Assembly (NCBI GenBank): GCA_964016885.1
Contig: OZ024741.1
Coordinates: forward strand, 405,170,001-405,234,000
Origin: Eledone cirrhosa
Taxonomy: Eukaryota
Length of the DNA stretch: 64,000 bases
Direction of reading: 5' to 3'
The notes beneath the pieces were generated by a model. It had not been told where the DNA came from. It saw only the letters and a list, made by a program, of their open reading frames with translations, and made no database searches. Below are positions 1 through 13,355 of the stretch, piece after piece; position 1 is the first letter of the stretch; each line of letters starts with the position of its first letter. A program made the position numbers and the translations under genes.

Positions 1-3000
1 TAATTAATTGTGACAACCTTCACAACTATTTTATAATTAATTTTTACAGAATTTCACAACTATTTTATAATTAATTGTGACAACCTTCACAACTATCTTA
101 TACTGAATTGTGACAACCTTCACAAACTATTTTATAATTAATTTTTACAGATTTTCACAACTATTTTATAATTAATTGTGACAACCTTCACAACTATTTT
201 ATAATTAATTTTTACAGATTTTCACAACTATTTTATAATTAATTGTGACAACCTTCACAACTATTTTATAATGAATTGTGACAACCTTCACAACTATTTT
301 ATAATTAATTTTTACAGGTTTTCACAACTATTTTATAATGAATTGTGACAAACTTCACAACTATTTTATAATGAATTTTTACAGCTTTTCACAACTATTT
401 TATAATTAATTGTGACAACCTTCACAACTATTTTATAATTAATTTTTTCAGCTTTTCATAACTATTTTATAATGAACTGTGACAACCTTCACAACTATTT
501 TATAATTAATTTTTACAGCTTTTCACAACTATTTTATAATTAATTTTGACAACCTTCACAACTATTTTATAATGAATTGTGACAACCTTCACAACTATTT
601 TATAATGAATTGTGAGAACCTTCACAACTATTTTATAATTAATTTTTACAGATTTTCACAACTATTTTATAATTAATTGTGACAACCTTCACAACTATTT
701 TATAATGAATTGTGACAACCTTCACAACTATTTTTTAATGAATTGTGACAACCTTCACAATTATTTTATAATGAATTGTGACAACCTTCACAACTATTTT
801 ATAATGAATTGTGACAACCTTCACAACTATTTTATAATTAATTTTTACAGCTTTTCACAACTATTTTATAATTAATTGTGACAACCTTCACAACTATTTT
901 ATAATTAATTTTTTCAGTTTTTCATAACTATTTTATAATTAATTGTGACAACCTTCACAACTATTTTATAATTAATTTTTACAGCTTTTCACAACTATTT
1001 AATAATTAATTGTGACAACCTTCACAACTATTTTATAATTAATTTTTTCAGGTTTTCACAACTATTTTATAATTAATTGTGACAACCTTCACAACTATTT
1101 TATAATGAATTGTGACAACCTTCACAACTATTTTATAATTAATTTTTACAGATTTTCACACCTATTTTATAATTAATTGTGACAACCTTCACAACTATTT
1201 TATAATGAATTGTGACAACCTTCACAACTATTTTTTAATGAATTGTGACAACCTTCACAATTATTTTATAATGAATTGTGACAACCTTCACAACTATTTT
1301 ATAATTAATTTTTACAGATTTTCACAACTATTTTATAATTAATTGTGACAACCTTCACAACTATTTTATAATGAATTGTGACAACCTTCACAACTATTTT
1401 ATAATTAATTTTTACAGATTTTCACAACTATTTTATAATTAATTGTGACAACCTTCACAACTATTTTATAATGAATTTTTACAGCTTTTCACAACTATTT
1501 TATAATTAATTGTGACAACCTTCACAACTATTTTATAATTAATTTTTTCAGATTTTCACAACTATTTTATAATGAACTGTGACAACCTTCACAAATATTT
1601 TATAATGAATTGTGTCAACCTTCACAACTATTTTATAATGAATTGTGACAACCTTCACAACTATTTTATAATTAATTTTTACAGCTTTTCACAACTATTT
1701 TATAATTAATTGTGACAACCTTCACAACTATTTTATAATTAATTGTGACAACCTTCACAACTATTTTATAATTAATTTTTACAGCTTTTCACAACTATTT
1801 TATAATTAATTGTGACAACCTTCACAACTATTTTATAATTAATTGTGACAACCTTCACAACTATTTTATAATTAATTTTTACAGATTTTCACAACTATTT
1901 TATAATTAATTGTGACAACCTTCACAACTATTTTATAATGAATTGTGACAACCTTCACAACTATTTTATAATTAATTGTGACAACCTTCACAACTATTTT
2001 ATAATTAATTTTTACAGATTTTCACAACTATTTTATAATTAATTGTGACAACCTTCACAACTATTTTATAATGAATTGTGACAACCTTCACAACTATTTT
2101 ATAATTAATTTTTACAACTTTTCACAACTATTTTATAATTAATTGTGACAACCTTCACAACTATTTTATAATTAATTTTTACAGCATTTCACAACTATTT
2201 TATAATGAATTGTGACAAACTTCACAACTATTTTATAATTAATTTTTACAGCTTTTCACAACTATTTTATAATTAATTGTGACAACCTTCACAACTATTT
2301 TATAATTAATTTTTTCAGCTTTTCACAACTATTTTATAATGAACTGTGACAACCTTCACAACTATTTTATAATGAATTGTGACAACCTTCACAACTATTT
2401 TATAATGAATTGTGACAACCTTCACAACTATTTTATAATTAATTTTTACAGCTTTTCACAACTATTTTATAATTAATTGTGACAACCTTCACAACTATTT
2501 TATAATTAATTGTGACAACCTTCACAACTATTTTATAATTAATTTTTACAGAATTTCACAACTATTTTATAATTAATTGTGACAACCTTCACAACTATCT
2601 TATAATGAATTGTGACAACCTTCACAAACTACTTTATAATTAATTTTTACAGATTTTCACAACTATTTTATAATTAATTGTGACAACCTTCACAACTATT
2701 TTATAATTAATTTTTACAGATTTTCACAACTATTTTATAATTAATTGTGACAACCTTCACAACTATTTTATGATGAATTGTGACAACCTTCACAACTATT
2801 TTATAATTAATTTTTACAGCTTTTCACAACTATTTTATAATTAATTGTGACAACCTTCACAACTATTTTATAATTAATTGTGACAACCTTCACAACTATT
2901 TTATAATTAATTTTTACAGCTTTTCACAACTATTTTATAATGAATTGTGACAACCTTCACAAACTATTTTATAATTAATTTTTACAGATTTTCACAACTA

Positions 3001-6000
3001 TTTTATAATTAATTGTGACAACCTTCACAACTATTTTATAATGAATTATGACAACATTCACAACTATTTTATAATTAATTTTTACAGCTTTTCACAACTA
3101 TTTTATAATTAATTGTGACAACCTTCACAACTATTTTATAATTAATTGTGACAACCTTCACAACTATTTTATAATTAATTTTTACAGATTTTCACAACTA
3201 TTTTATAATTAATTGTGACAACCTTCACAACTATTTTATAATGAATTGTGACAACCTTCACAACTATTTTATAATTAATTTTTACAGCTTTTCACAACTA
3301 TTTTATAATTAATTGTGACAACCTTCACAACTATTTTTTAATTAATTGTGACAACCTTCACAACTATTTTATAATTAATTTTTACAGATTTTCACAACTA
3401 TTTTATAATTAATTGTGACAACCTTCACAACTATTTTATAATGAATTGTGACAACCTTCACAACTATTTTATAATTAATTTTTACAGCTTTTCACAACTA
3501 TTTTATAATTAATTGTGACAACCTTCACAACTATTTTATAATTAATTGTGACAACCTTCACAACTATTTTATAATTAATTTTTACAGCTTTTCACAACTA
3601 TTTTATAATGAATTGTGACAAACTTCACAACTATTTTAAAATGAATTTTTACAGCTTTTCACAACTATTTTATAATTAATTGTGACAACCTTCACAACTA
3701 TTTTATAATTAATTTTTTCAGCTTTTCATAACTATTTTATAATGAACTGTGACAACCTTCACAACTATTTTATAATTAATTTTTACAGCTTTTCACAACT
3801 ATTTTATAATTAATTGTGACAACCTTCACAACTATTTTATAATGAATTGTGACAACCTTCACAACTATTTTATAATGAATTGTGAGAACCTTCACAACTA
3901 TTTTATAATTAATTTTTACAGATTTTCACAACTATTTTATAATTAATTGTGACAACCTTCACAACTATTTTATAATGAATTGTGACAACCTTCACAACTA
4001 TTTTTTAATGAATTGTGACAACCTTCACAATTATTTTATAATGAATTGTGACAACCTTCACAACTATTTTATAATGAATTGTGACAACCTTCACAACTAT
4101 TTTATAATTAATTTTTACAGCTTTTCACAACTATTTTATAATTAATTGTGACAACCTTCACAACTATTTTATAATTAATTTTTTCAGTTTTTCATAACTA
4201 TTTTATAATTAATTGTGACAACCTTCACAACTATTTTATAATTAATTTTTACAGCTTTTCACAACTATTTAATAATTAATTGTGACAACCTTCACAACTA
4301 TTTTATAATTAATTTTTTCAGGTTTTCACAACTATTTTATAATTAATTGTGACAACCTTCACAACTATTTTATAATGAATTGTGACAACCTTCACAACTA
4401 TTTTATAATTAATTTTTACAGATTTTCACACCTATTTCATAATTAATTGTGACAACCTTCACAACTATTTTATAATGAATTGTGACAACCTTCACAACTA
4501 TTTTTTAATGAATTGTGACAACCTTCACAATTATTTTATAATGAATTGTGACAACCTTCACAACTATTTTATAATTAATTTTTACAGATTTTCACAACTA
4601 TTTTATAATTAATTGTGACAACCTTCACAACTATTTTATAATGAATTGTGACAACCTTCACAACTATTTTATAATGAATTTTTACAGCTTTTCACAACTA
4701 TTTTATAATTAATTGTGACAACCTTCACAACTATTTTATAATTAATTTTTTCAGATTTTCACAACTATTTTATAATGAACTGTGACAACCTTCACAAATA
4801 TTTTATAATGAATTGTGTCAACCTTCACAACTATTTTATAATGAATTGTGACAACCTTCACAACTATTTTATAATTAATTTTTACAGCTTTTCACAACTA
4901 TTTTATAATTAATTGTGACAACCTTCACAACTATTTTATAATTAATTGTGACAACCTTCACAACTATTTTATAATTAATTTTTACAGCTTGTCACAACTA
5001 TTTTATAATTAATTGTGACAACCTTCACAACTATTTTATAATTAATTGTGACAACCTTCACAACTATTTTATAATTAATTTTTACAGATTTTCACAACTA
5101 TTTTATAATTAATTGTGACAACCTTCACAACTATTTTATAATGAATTGTGACAACCTTCACAACTATTTTATAATTAATTGTGACAACCTTCACAACTAT
5201 TTTATAATTAATTTTTACAGATTTTCACAACTATTTTATAATTAATTGTGACAACCTTCACAACTATTTTATAATGAATTGTGACAACCTTCACAACTAT
5301 TTTATAATTAATTTTTACAGCTTTTCACAACTATTTTATAATTAATTGTGACAACCTTCACAACTATTTTATAATTAATTGTGACAACCTTCACAACTAT
5401 TTTATAATTAATTTTTACAGCTTTTCACAACTATTTTATAATGAATTGTGACAAACTTCACAACTATTTTATAATGAATTTTTACAGCTTTTCACAACTA
5501 TTTTATAATTAATTGTGACAACCTTCACAACTATTTTATAATTAATTGTGACAACCTTCACAACTATTTTATAATGAATTGTGACAACCTTCACAACTAT
5601 TTTATAATGAATTGTGACAACCTTCACAACTATTTTATAATGAATTGTGACAACCTTCACAACTATTTTATAATTAATTGTGACAACCTTCACAACTACT
5701 TTATAATTAATTTTTACAGCTTTTCACAACTATTTTATAATTAATTGTGACAACCTTCACAACTATTTTATAATCAATTGTGACAACCTTCACAACTATT
5801 TTATAATTAATTTTTAAAGATTTTCACAACTATTTTATAATTAATTGTGACAACCTTCACAACTATTTTATAATCAATTGTGACAACCTTCACAACTATT
5901 TTATAATTAATTTTACAGCTTTTCACAACTATTTTATAATTAATTGTGACAACCTTCACAACTATTTTATAATTAATTTTTACAGCATTTCACAACTATT

Positions 6001-8642
6001 TTATAATGAATTGTGACAAACTTCACAACTATTTTATAATTAATTTTTACAGCTTTTCACAACTATTTTATAATTAATTGTGACAACCTTCACAACTATT
6101 TTATAATTAATTTTTTCAGCTTTTCACAACTATTTTATAATGAACTGTGACAACCTTCACAACTATTTTATAATGAATTGTGACAACCTTCACAACTATT
6201 TTATAATGAATTGTGACAACCTTCACAACTATTTTATAATTAATTTTTACAGCTTTTCACAACTATTTTATAATTAATTGTGACAACCTTCACAACTATT
6301 TTATAATTAATTGTGACAACCTTCACAACTATTTTATAATTAATTTTTACAGCTTTTCACAACTATTTTATAATTAATTGTGACAAACTTCACAACTATT
6401 TTATAATTAATTTTTACAGCTTTTCACAACCATTTTATAATTAATTGTGACAACCTTCACAACTATTTTATAATTAATTTTTTCAGCTGTTCACAACTAT
6501 TTTATAATGAACTGTGACAACCTTCACAACTATTTTATAATTAATTTTTACAGCTTTTCACAACTATTTTATAATTAATTGTGACAACCTTCACAACTAT
6601 TTTATAATTAATTGTGACAACCTTCACAACTATTTTATAATTAATTTTTACAGATTTTCACAACTATTTTATAATTAATTGTGACAACCTTCACAACTAT
6701 TTTATAATGAATTGTGACAACCTTCACAACTATTTTATAATTAATTTTTACAGATGTTCACAACTATTTTATAATTAATTGTGACAACCTTCACAACTAT
6801 TTTATAATGAATTGTGACAACCTTCACAACTATTTTTTAATGAATTGTGACATCCTTCACAATTATTTTATAATGAATTGTGACAACCTTCACAACTATT
6901 TTATAATGAATTGTGACAACCTTCACAACTATTTTATAATTAATTTTTACAGCTTTTCACAACTATTTTATAATTAATTGTGACAACCTTCACAACTATT
7001 TTATAATTAATTTTTTCAGCTTTTCATAACTATTTTATAATTAATTGTGACAACCTTTCACAACTATTTTATAATTAATTTTTACAGCTTTTCACAACTA
7101 TTTAATAATTAATTGTGACAACCTTCACAACTATTTTATAATTAATTTTTTCAGGTTTTCACAACTATTTTATAATTAATTGTGACAACCTTCACAACTA
7201 TTTTATAATGAATTGTGACAACCTTCACAACTATTTTATAATTAATTTTTACAGATTTTCACAACTATTTTATAATTAATTGTGACAACCTTCACAACTA
7301 TTTTATAATGAATTGTGACAACCTTCACAACTATTTTTTAATGAATTGTGACAACCTTCACAATTATTTTATAATGAATTGTGACAACCTTCACAACTAT
7401 TTTATAATTAATTTTTACAGATTTTCACAACTATTTTATAATTAATTGTGACAACCTTCACAACTATTTTATAATGAATTGTGACAACCTTCACAACTAT
7501 TTTTTAATGAATTGTGACAACCTTCACAATTATTTTATAATGAATTGTGACAACCTTCACAACTATTTTATAATGAATTGTGACAACCTTCACAACTATT
7601 TTATAATTAATTTTTACAGCTTTTCACAACTATTTAATAATTAATTGTGACAACCTTCACAACTATTTTATAATGAATTGTGACAACCTTCACAACTATT
7701 TTATAATGAATTGTGACAACCTTCACAACTATTTTATAATTAATTTTTACAGCTTTTCACAACTATTTTATAATTAATTGTGACAACCTTCACAACTATT
7801 TTATAATGAATTGTGACAACCTTCACAACTATTTTATAATTAATTGTGACAACCTTCACAACTATTTTATAATTAATTTTTACAGCTTTTCACAACTCTT
7901 TTATAATTAATTGTGACAACCTTCACAACTATTTTATAATTAATTGTGACAACCTTCACAACTATTTTATAATTAATTGTGACAACCTTCACAACTATTT
8001 TATAATTAATTTTTACAGCTTTTCACAACTATTTTATAATTAATTGTGACAACCTTCACAACTATTTTATAATGAATTGTGACAACCTTCACAACTATTT
8101 TATAATTAATTGTGACAACCTTCACAACTATTTTATAATTAATTTTTACAGCTTTTCACAACTATTTTATAATTAATTGTGACAACCTTCACAACTATTT
8201 TATAATTAATTGTGACAACCTTCACAACTATTTTATAATTAATTGTGACAACCTTCACAACTATTTTATAATTAATTTTTACAGCTTTTCACAACTCTTT
8301 TATAATTAATTGTGACAACCTTCACAACTATTTTATAATTAATTGTGACAACCTTCACAACTATTTTATAATGAATTGTGACAACCTTCACAACTATTTT
8401 ATAATTAATTTTTTCAGCTTTTCACAACTATTTTATAATGAATTGTGACAACCTTCACAACTATTTTATAATGAATTGTGACAACCTTCACAACTATTTT
8501 ATAATTAATTTTTACAGCTTTTCACAACTATTTCAATATTAATTGTGACAACCTTCACAACTATTTCATAATTAATTGTGACAACCTTCACAACTATTTT
8601 ATAATTAATTTTTACAGATTTTCACAACTATTTTATAATTAA
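1..8642. repeat. Satellite DNA array of 33-bp (A) and 34-bp (B) monomers, segment 1 (runs off the left edge)
   Basis: Continuous head-to-tail copies of TTGTGACAACCTTCACAACTATTTTATAATTAA / ...ATAATGAA (33 bp) mixed with TTTTTACAG[C/A]TTTTCACAACTATTTTATAATTAA (34 bp), all in one orientation. Monomer A is about 24% GC (8/33). Confidence 0.99.
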
Positions 8643-8654
8643 CTAGCAGTAAAG

Positions 8655-8670
8655 CCCGGCGTTGCTCGGG
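8655..8670 (-). other. Helitron 3' subterminal hairpin (copy 1)
   Basis: Minus strand CCCG-A-GC-AAC-GC-CGGG forms a GC-rich stem-loop with a single A bulge just upstream of the terminal CTAG, the usual position of the Helitron termination hairpin. Confidence 0.85.
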
Positions 8671-8945
8671 GTCGCTCAGTAGCTGTGTTGAAGTTACAAT
8701 GTTAAGTTTCTTTCTTGGCTTAAAAACTGTAGTGTCTACTGTGCAGACTTGCATGTGGTGTTTTTGATTAATATTCCCTCAACCAACAATATGCCTTATG
8801 AAGTTAAGAAAACATAACGATAACCCGAATGTTATAACAAAAGAGGATGCTGGGATAGAAACTGCACTGGTTATTTATTAAAAAGATCGAAAATGTAAAC
8901 ACTGCAACGCAGAGAAAAACATTAGCGTAACCAAATTATCAGTTA

Positions 8946-9126
8946 TGTCTGTCTGCACGCCTATATCACCTCTCTGCGCGACTGTCTGTCTGCACGCCTA
9001 TATCGCCTCTCTGCACGACTGTCTGTCTGCACGCCTATATCACCTCTCTGCACGACTATCTGTCTGCACGCGTATATCACCTCTCTGCACGACTGTCTGT
9101 CTGCACGACTGTCTGTCAGCACGCCT
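8946..9126. repeat. 37-bp internal minisatellite of the Helitron-like element (about 4 units plus partials)
   Basis: Unit CTGTCTGTCTGCACGCCTATATCACCTCTCTGCACGA; the [C/G]TATATC core recurs at 8961, 8998, 9035 and 9072. Copy 1 has an extra 16-bp subunit (CTGCACGACTGTCTGT). Confidence 0.95.
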
Positions 9127-9572
9127 AACGACGAAATATTTGCTTGTTTTACGTAGTCTTTAAATAGACTTGTTTTCAAGTGAAAATATTGTTTTAAAAT
9201 GCTTTTAAATGGAAATGAAGCAAAACGGAAGCTTAGTGTTCGAACTGATGAATTTTGCAGGTCAATATTTTGCTGGCTCAACAACTGTTCGTGTATTAAA
9301 CGCTGAGAAAGCCAGCGTAATTTTTTACGTAAGACGCTCAATGTAAACAGAACAAAGGGAAATAACTGATAACTTACGCTCAAAAATCGATACATTATAT
9401 TCGATTTCGTCACATAGGGTGGGTCAATTTAAAATATTCTTTTTCCGATGTCTTCGCTAGGGCTCAATGTACAAGTATAGCAATTTCGGTGCAATTCCGT
9501 GAGAGATTCTAAGAGGAGATGTGTGCCAAAAATCGATAGACAGACAGACAACCATAGTTTTATATATATAGA

Positions 9573-12440
9573 TTGTGACAACCTTCACAACTATTTTATA
9601 ATGAATTGTGACAACCTTCACAACTATTTTATAATTAATGTTTACAGATTTTCACAACTATTTTACAATTAATTGTGACAAGCTTCACAATATATTTTAT
9701 AATGAATCGTGACAACCTTCACAACTATTTTATAATTAATTTTTACAGCTTTTCACAACCATTTTATAATTAATTGTGACAACCTTCACAACTATTTTAT
9801 AATGAATTGTGACAACCTTCACAACTATTTTATAATTAATTTTTACAGCTTTTCACAACTATTTTATAATTAATTGTGACAACCTTCACAACTATTTTAT
9901 AATTAATTGTGACAACCTTCACAACTATTTTATAATTAATTTTTACAGATTTTCACAACTATTTTATAATTAATTGTGACAACCTTCACAACTATTTTAT
10001 AATTAATTTTTACAGCTTTTCACAACTATTTTATAATTAATTGTGACAACCTTCACAACTATTTTATAATTAATTTTTACAGATTTTCACAACTCTTTTA
10101 TAATTAATTGTGACAACCTTCACAACTATTTTATAATGAATTGTGACAACCTTCACAACTATTTTATAATTAATTTTTACAGCTTTTCACAACTATTTTA
10201 TAATTAATTGTTACAACCTTCACAACTATTTTATAATTAATTGTGACAACCTTCACAACTATTTTATAATTAATTTTTACAGCTTTTCACAACTATTTTA
10301 TAATTAATTGTGACAAACTTCACAACTATTTTATAATTAATTTTTACAGCTTTTCACAACCATTTTATAATTAATTGTGACAAGCTTCACAACTATTTTA
10401 TAATTAATTTTTTCAGCTTTTCACAACTATTTTATAATGAACTGTGACAACCTTCACAACTATTTTATAATTAATTTTTACAGCTTTTCACAACTATTTT
10501 ATAATTAATTGTGACAACCTTCACAACTATTTTATAATTAATTGTGACAACCTTCACAACTATTTTATAATTAATTTTTACAGATTTTCACAACTATTTT
10601 ATAATTAATTGTGACAACCTTCACAACTATTTTATAATGAATTGTGACAACCTTCACAACTATTTTATAATTAATTTTTACAGATTTTCACAACTATTTT
10701 ATAATTAATTGTGACAACCATCACAACTATTTTATAATGAATTGTGACAACCTTCACAACTATTTTTTAATGAATTGTGACAACCTTCACAATTATTTTA
10801 TAATGAATTGTGACAACCTTCACAACTATTTTATAATGAATTGTGACAACCTTCACAACTATTTTATAATTAATTGTGACAACCTTCACAACTATTTTAT
10901 AATTAATTTTTACAGCTTTTCACAACTATTTTATAATTAATTGTGACAACCTTCACAACTATTTTATAATTAATTTTTTAAGCTTTTCATAACTATTTTA
11001 TAATTAATTGTGACAACCTTCACAACTATTTTATAATTAATTTTTACAGCTTTTCACAACTATTTAATAATTAATTGTGACAACCTTCACAACTATTTTA
11101 TAATTAATTTTTTCAGGTTTTCACAACTATTTTATAATTAATTGTGACAACCTTCACAACTACTTTATAATGAATTGTGACAACCTTCACAACTATTTTA
11201 TAATTTATTTTTACAGATTTTCACAACTATTTTATAATTAATTGTGACAACCTTCACAACTATTTTATAATGAATTGTGACAACCTTCACAACTATTTTT
11301 TAATGAATTGTGACAACCTTCACAATTATTTTATAATGAATTGTGACAACCTTCACAACTATTTTATAATTAATTTTCACAGATTTTCACAACTATTTTA
11401 TAATTAATTGTGACAACCTTCACAACTATTTTATAATGAATTGTGACAACCTTCACAACTATTTTATAATTAATTTTTACAGATTTTCACAACTATTTCA
11501 TAATTAATTGTGACAACCTTCACAACTATTTTATAATGAATTGTGACAACCTTCACAACTATTTTTTAATGAATTGTGACAACCTTCACAATTATTTTAT
11601 AATGAATTGTGACAACCTTCACAACTATTTTATAATGAATTGTGACAACCTTCACAACTATTTTATAATTAATTTTTACAGCTTTTCACAACTATTTTAT
11701 AATTAATTGTGACAACCTTCACAACTATTTTATAATTAATTTTTTCAGCTTTTCATAACTATTTTATAATTAATTGTGACAACCTTCACAACTATTTTAT
11801 AATTAATTTTTACAGCTTTTCACAACTATTTAATAATTAATTGTGACAACCTTCACAACTATTTTATAATGAATTGTGACAACCTTCACAACTATTTTAT
11901 AATGAATTGTGACAACCTTCACAACTATTTTATAATTAATTTTTACAGCTTTTCACAACTATTTTATAATTAATTGTGACAACCTTCACAACTATTTTAT
12001 AATTAATTTTTTCAGCTTTTCACAACTATTTTATAATGAATTGTGACAACCTTCACAACTATTTTATAATTAATTTTTACAGCTTTTCACAACTCTTTTA
12101 TAATTAATTGTGACAACCTTCACAACTATTTTATAATTAATTGTGACAACCTTCACAACTATTTTATAATGAATTGTGACAACCTTCACAACTATTTTAT
12201 AATTAATTTTTTCAGCTTTTCACAACTATTTTATAATGAATTGTGACAACCTTCACAACTATTTTATAATGAATTGTGACAACCTTCACAACTATTTTAT
12301 AATTAATTTTTACAGCTTTTCACAACTATTTCAATATTAATTGTGACAACCTTCACAACTATTTCATAATTAATTGTGACAACCTTCACAACTATTTTAT
12401 AATTAATTTTTACAGATTTTCACAACTATTTTATAATTAA
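9573..12440. repeat. Satellite array segment 2 (33/34-bp monomers)
   Basis: Same A/B monomers in the same orientation; resumes in register at TTGTGACA directly after the element. Confidence 0.99.
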
Positions 12441-12452
12441 CTAGCAGTAAAG

Positions 12453-12468
12453 CCCGGCGTTGCTCGGG
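12453..12468 (-). other. Helitron 3' subterminal hairpin (copy 2)
   Basis: Plus strand CCCGGCGTTGCTCGGG, identical to copy 1. Confidence 0.85.
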
Positions 12469-12744
12469 GTCGCTCAGTAGCTGTGTTGAAGTTACAATGT
12501 TAAGTTTCTTTCTTGGCTTAAAAACTGTAGTGTCTACTGTGCAGACTTGCATGTGGTGTTTTTGATTAATATTCCCTCAACCAACAATATGCCTTATGAA
12601 GTTAAGAAAACATAACGATAACCCGAATGTTATAACAAAAGAGGATGCTGGGGATAGAAACTGCACTGGTTATTTATTAAAAAGATCGAAAATGTAAACA
12701 CTGCAACGCAGAGAAAAACATTAGCGTAACCAAATTATCAGTTA

Positions 12745-12909
12745 TGTCTGTCTGCACGCCTATATCACCTCTCTGCGCGACTGTCTGTCTGCACGCCTAT
12801 ATCGCCTCTCTGCACGACTGTCTGTCTGCACGCCTATATCACCTCTCTGCACGACTATCTGTCTGCACGCGTATATCACCTCTCTGCACGACTGTCTGTC
12901 AGCACGCCT
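12745..12909. repeat. 37-bp internal minisatellite (copy 2)
   Basis: Four 37-bp units plus a partial unit; 16 bp shorter than in copy 1. Confidence 0.95.
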
Positions 12910-13355
12910 AACGACGAAATATTTGCTTGTTTTACGTAGTCTTTAAATAGACTTGTTTTCAAGTAAAAATATTGTTTTAAAATGCTTTTAAATGGAAATG
13001 AAGCAAAACGGAAGCTTAGTGTTCGAACTGATGAATTTTGCAGGTCAATATTTTGCTGGCTCAACAACTGTTCGTGTATTAAACGCTGAGAAAGCCAGCG
13101 TAATTTTTTACGTAAGACGCTCAATGTAAACAGAACAAAGGGAAATAACTGATAACTTACGCTCAAAAATCGATACATTATATTCGATTTCGTCACATAG
13201 GGTGGGTCAATTTAAAATATTCTTTTTCCGATGTCTTCGCTAGGGCTCAATGTACAAGTATAGCAATTTCGGTGCAATTCCGTGAGCGATTCTAAGAGGA
13301 GATGTGTGCCAAAAATCGATAGACAGACAGACAACCACAGTTTTATATATATAGA

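Larger units (their letters stand above)
8643..9572 (-). mobile_element. Non-autonomous Helitron-like (rolling-circle) element, copy 1, 930 bp
   Basis: The minus strand starts 5'-TCTATATATATAAAAC and ends CCCGAGCAACGCCGGG-CTTTACTG-CTAG-3', i.e. a hairpin 12 nt from a CTRR terminus. It sits between A and T of the satellite (ATTAA|TTGTGACA), and removing it restores an intact monomer junction with no TSD. There is no Rep/helicase coding capacity. Confidence 0.92.
12441..13355 (-). mobile_element. Non-autonomous Helitron-like element, copy 2, 915 bp
   Basis: Same termini (plus strand CTAGCAGTAAAGCCCGG...TATATATATAGA) and same A|T site as copy 1. It differs from copy 1 by an extra G (GCTGGGGAT), absence of a 16-bp subunit and three substitutions that I could see. 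Confidence 0.92.

Noticed and set aside
8961-9413. 150-aa / 106-aa minus-strand ORF inside the element (also 12876-13196, 15323-15643) and the 72-aa plus-strand ORF 8945-9163
   Set aside because: The minus-strand ORF starts at GTG, shows no HUH/Rep or helicase motifs that I recognise, and its length changes with the minisatellite indel. The plus-strand ORF is translated minisatellite. A captured gene fragment cannot be fully excluded without a BLASTX search.
8643-9572. Insert as a MITE/TIR transposon, SINE, solo LTR or Helentron
   Set aside because: It has no terminal inverted repeats, TSD, poly(A) tail or TG...CA ends. It inserts at A|T with TC/CTAG termini rather than at the TT target with subterminal inverted repeats typical of Helentrons.
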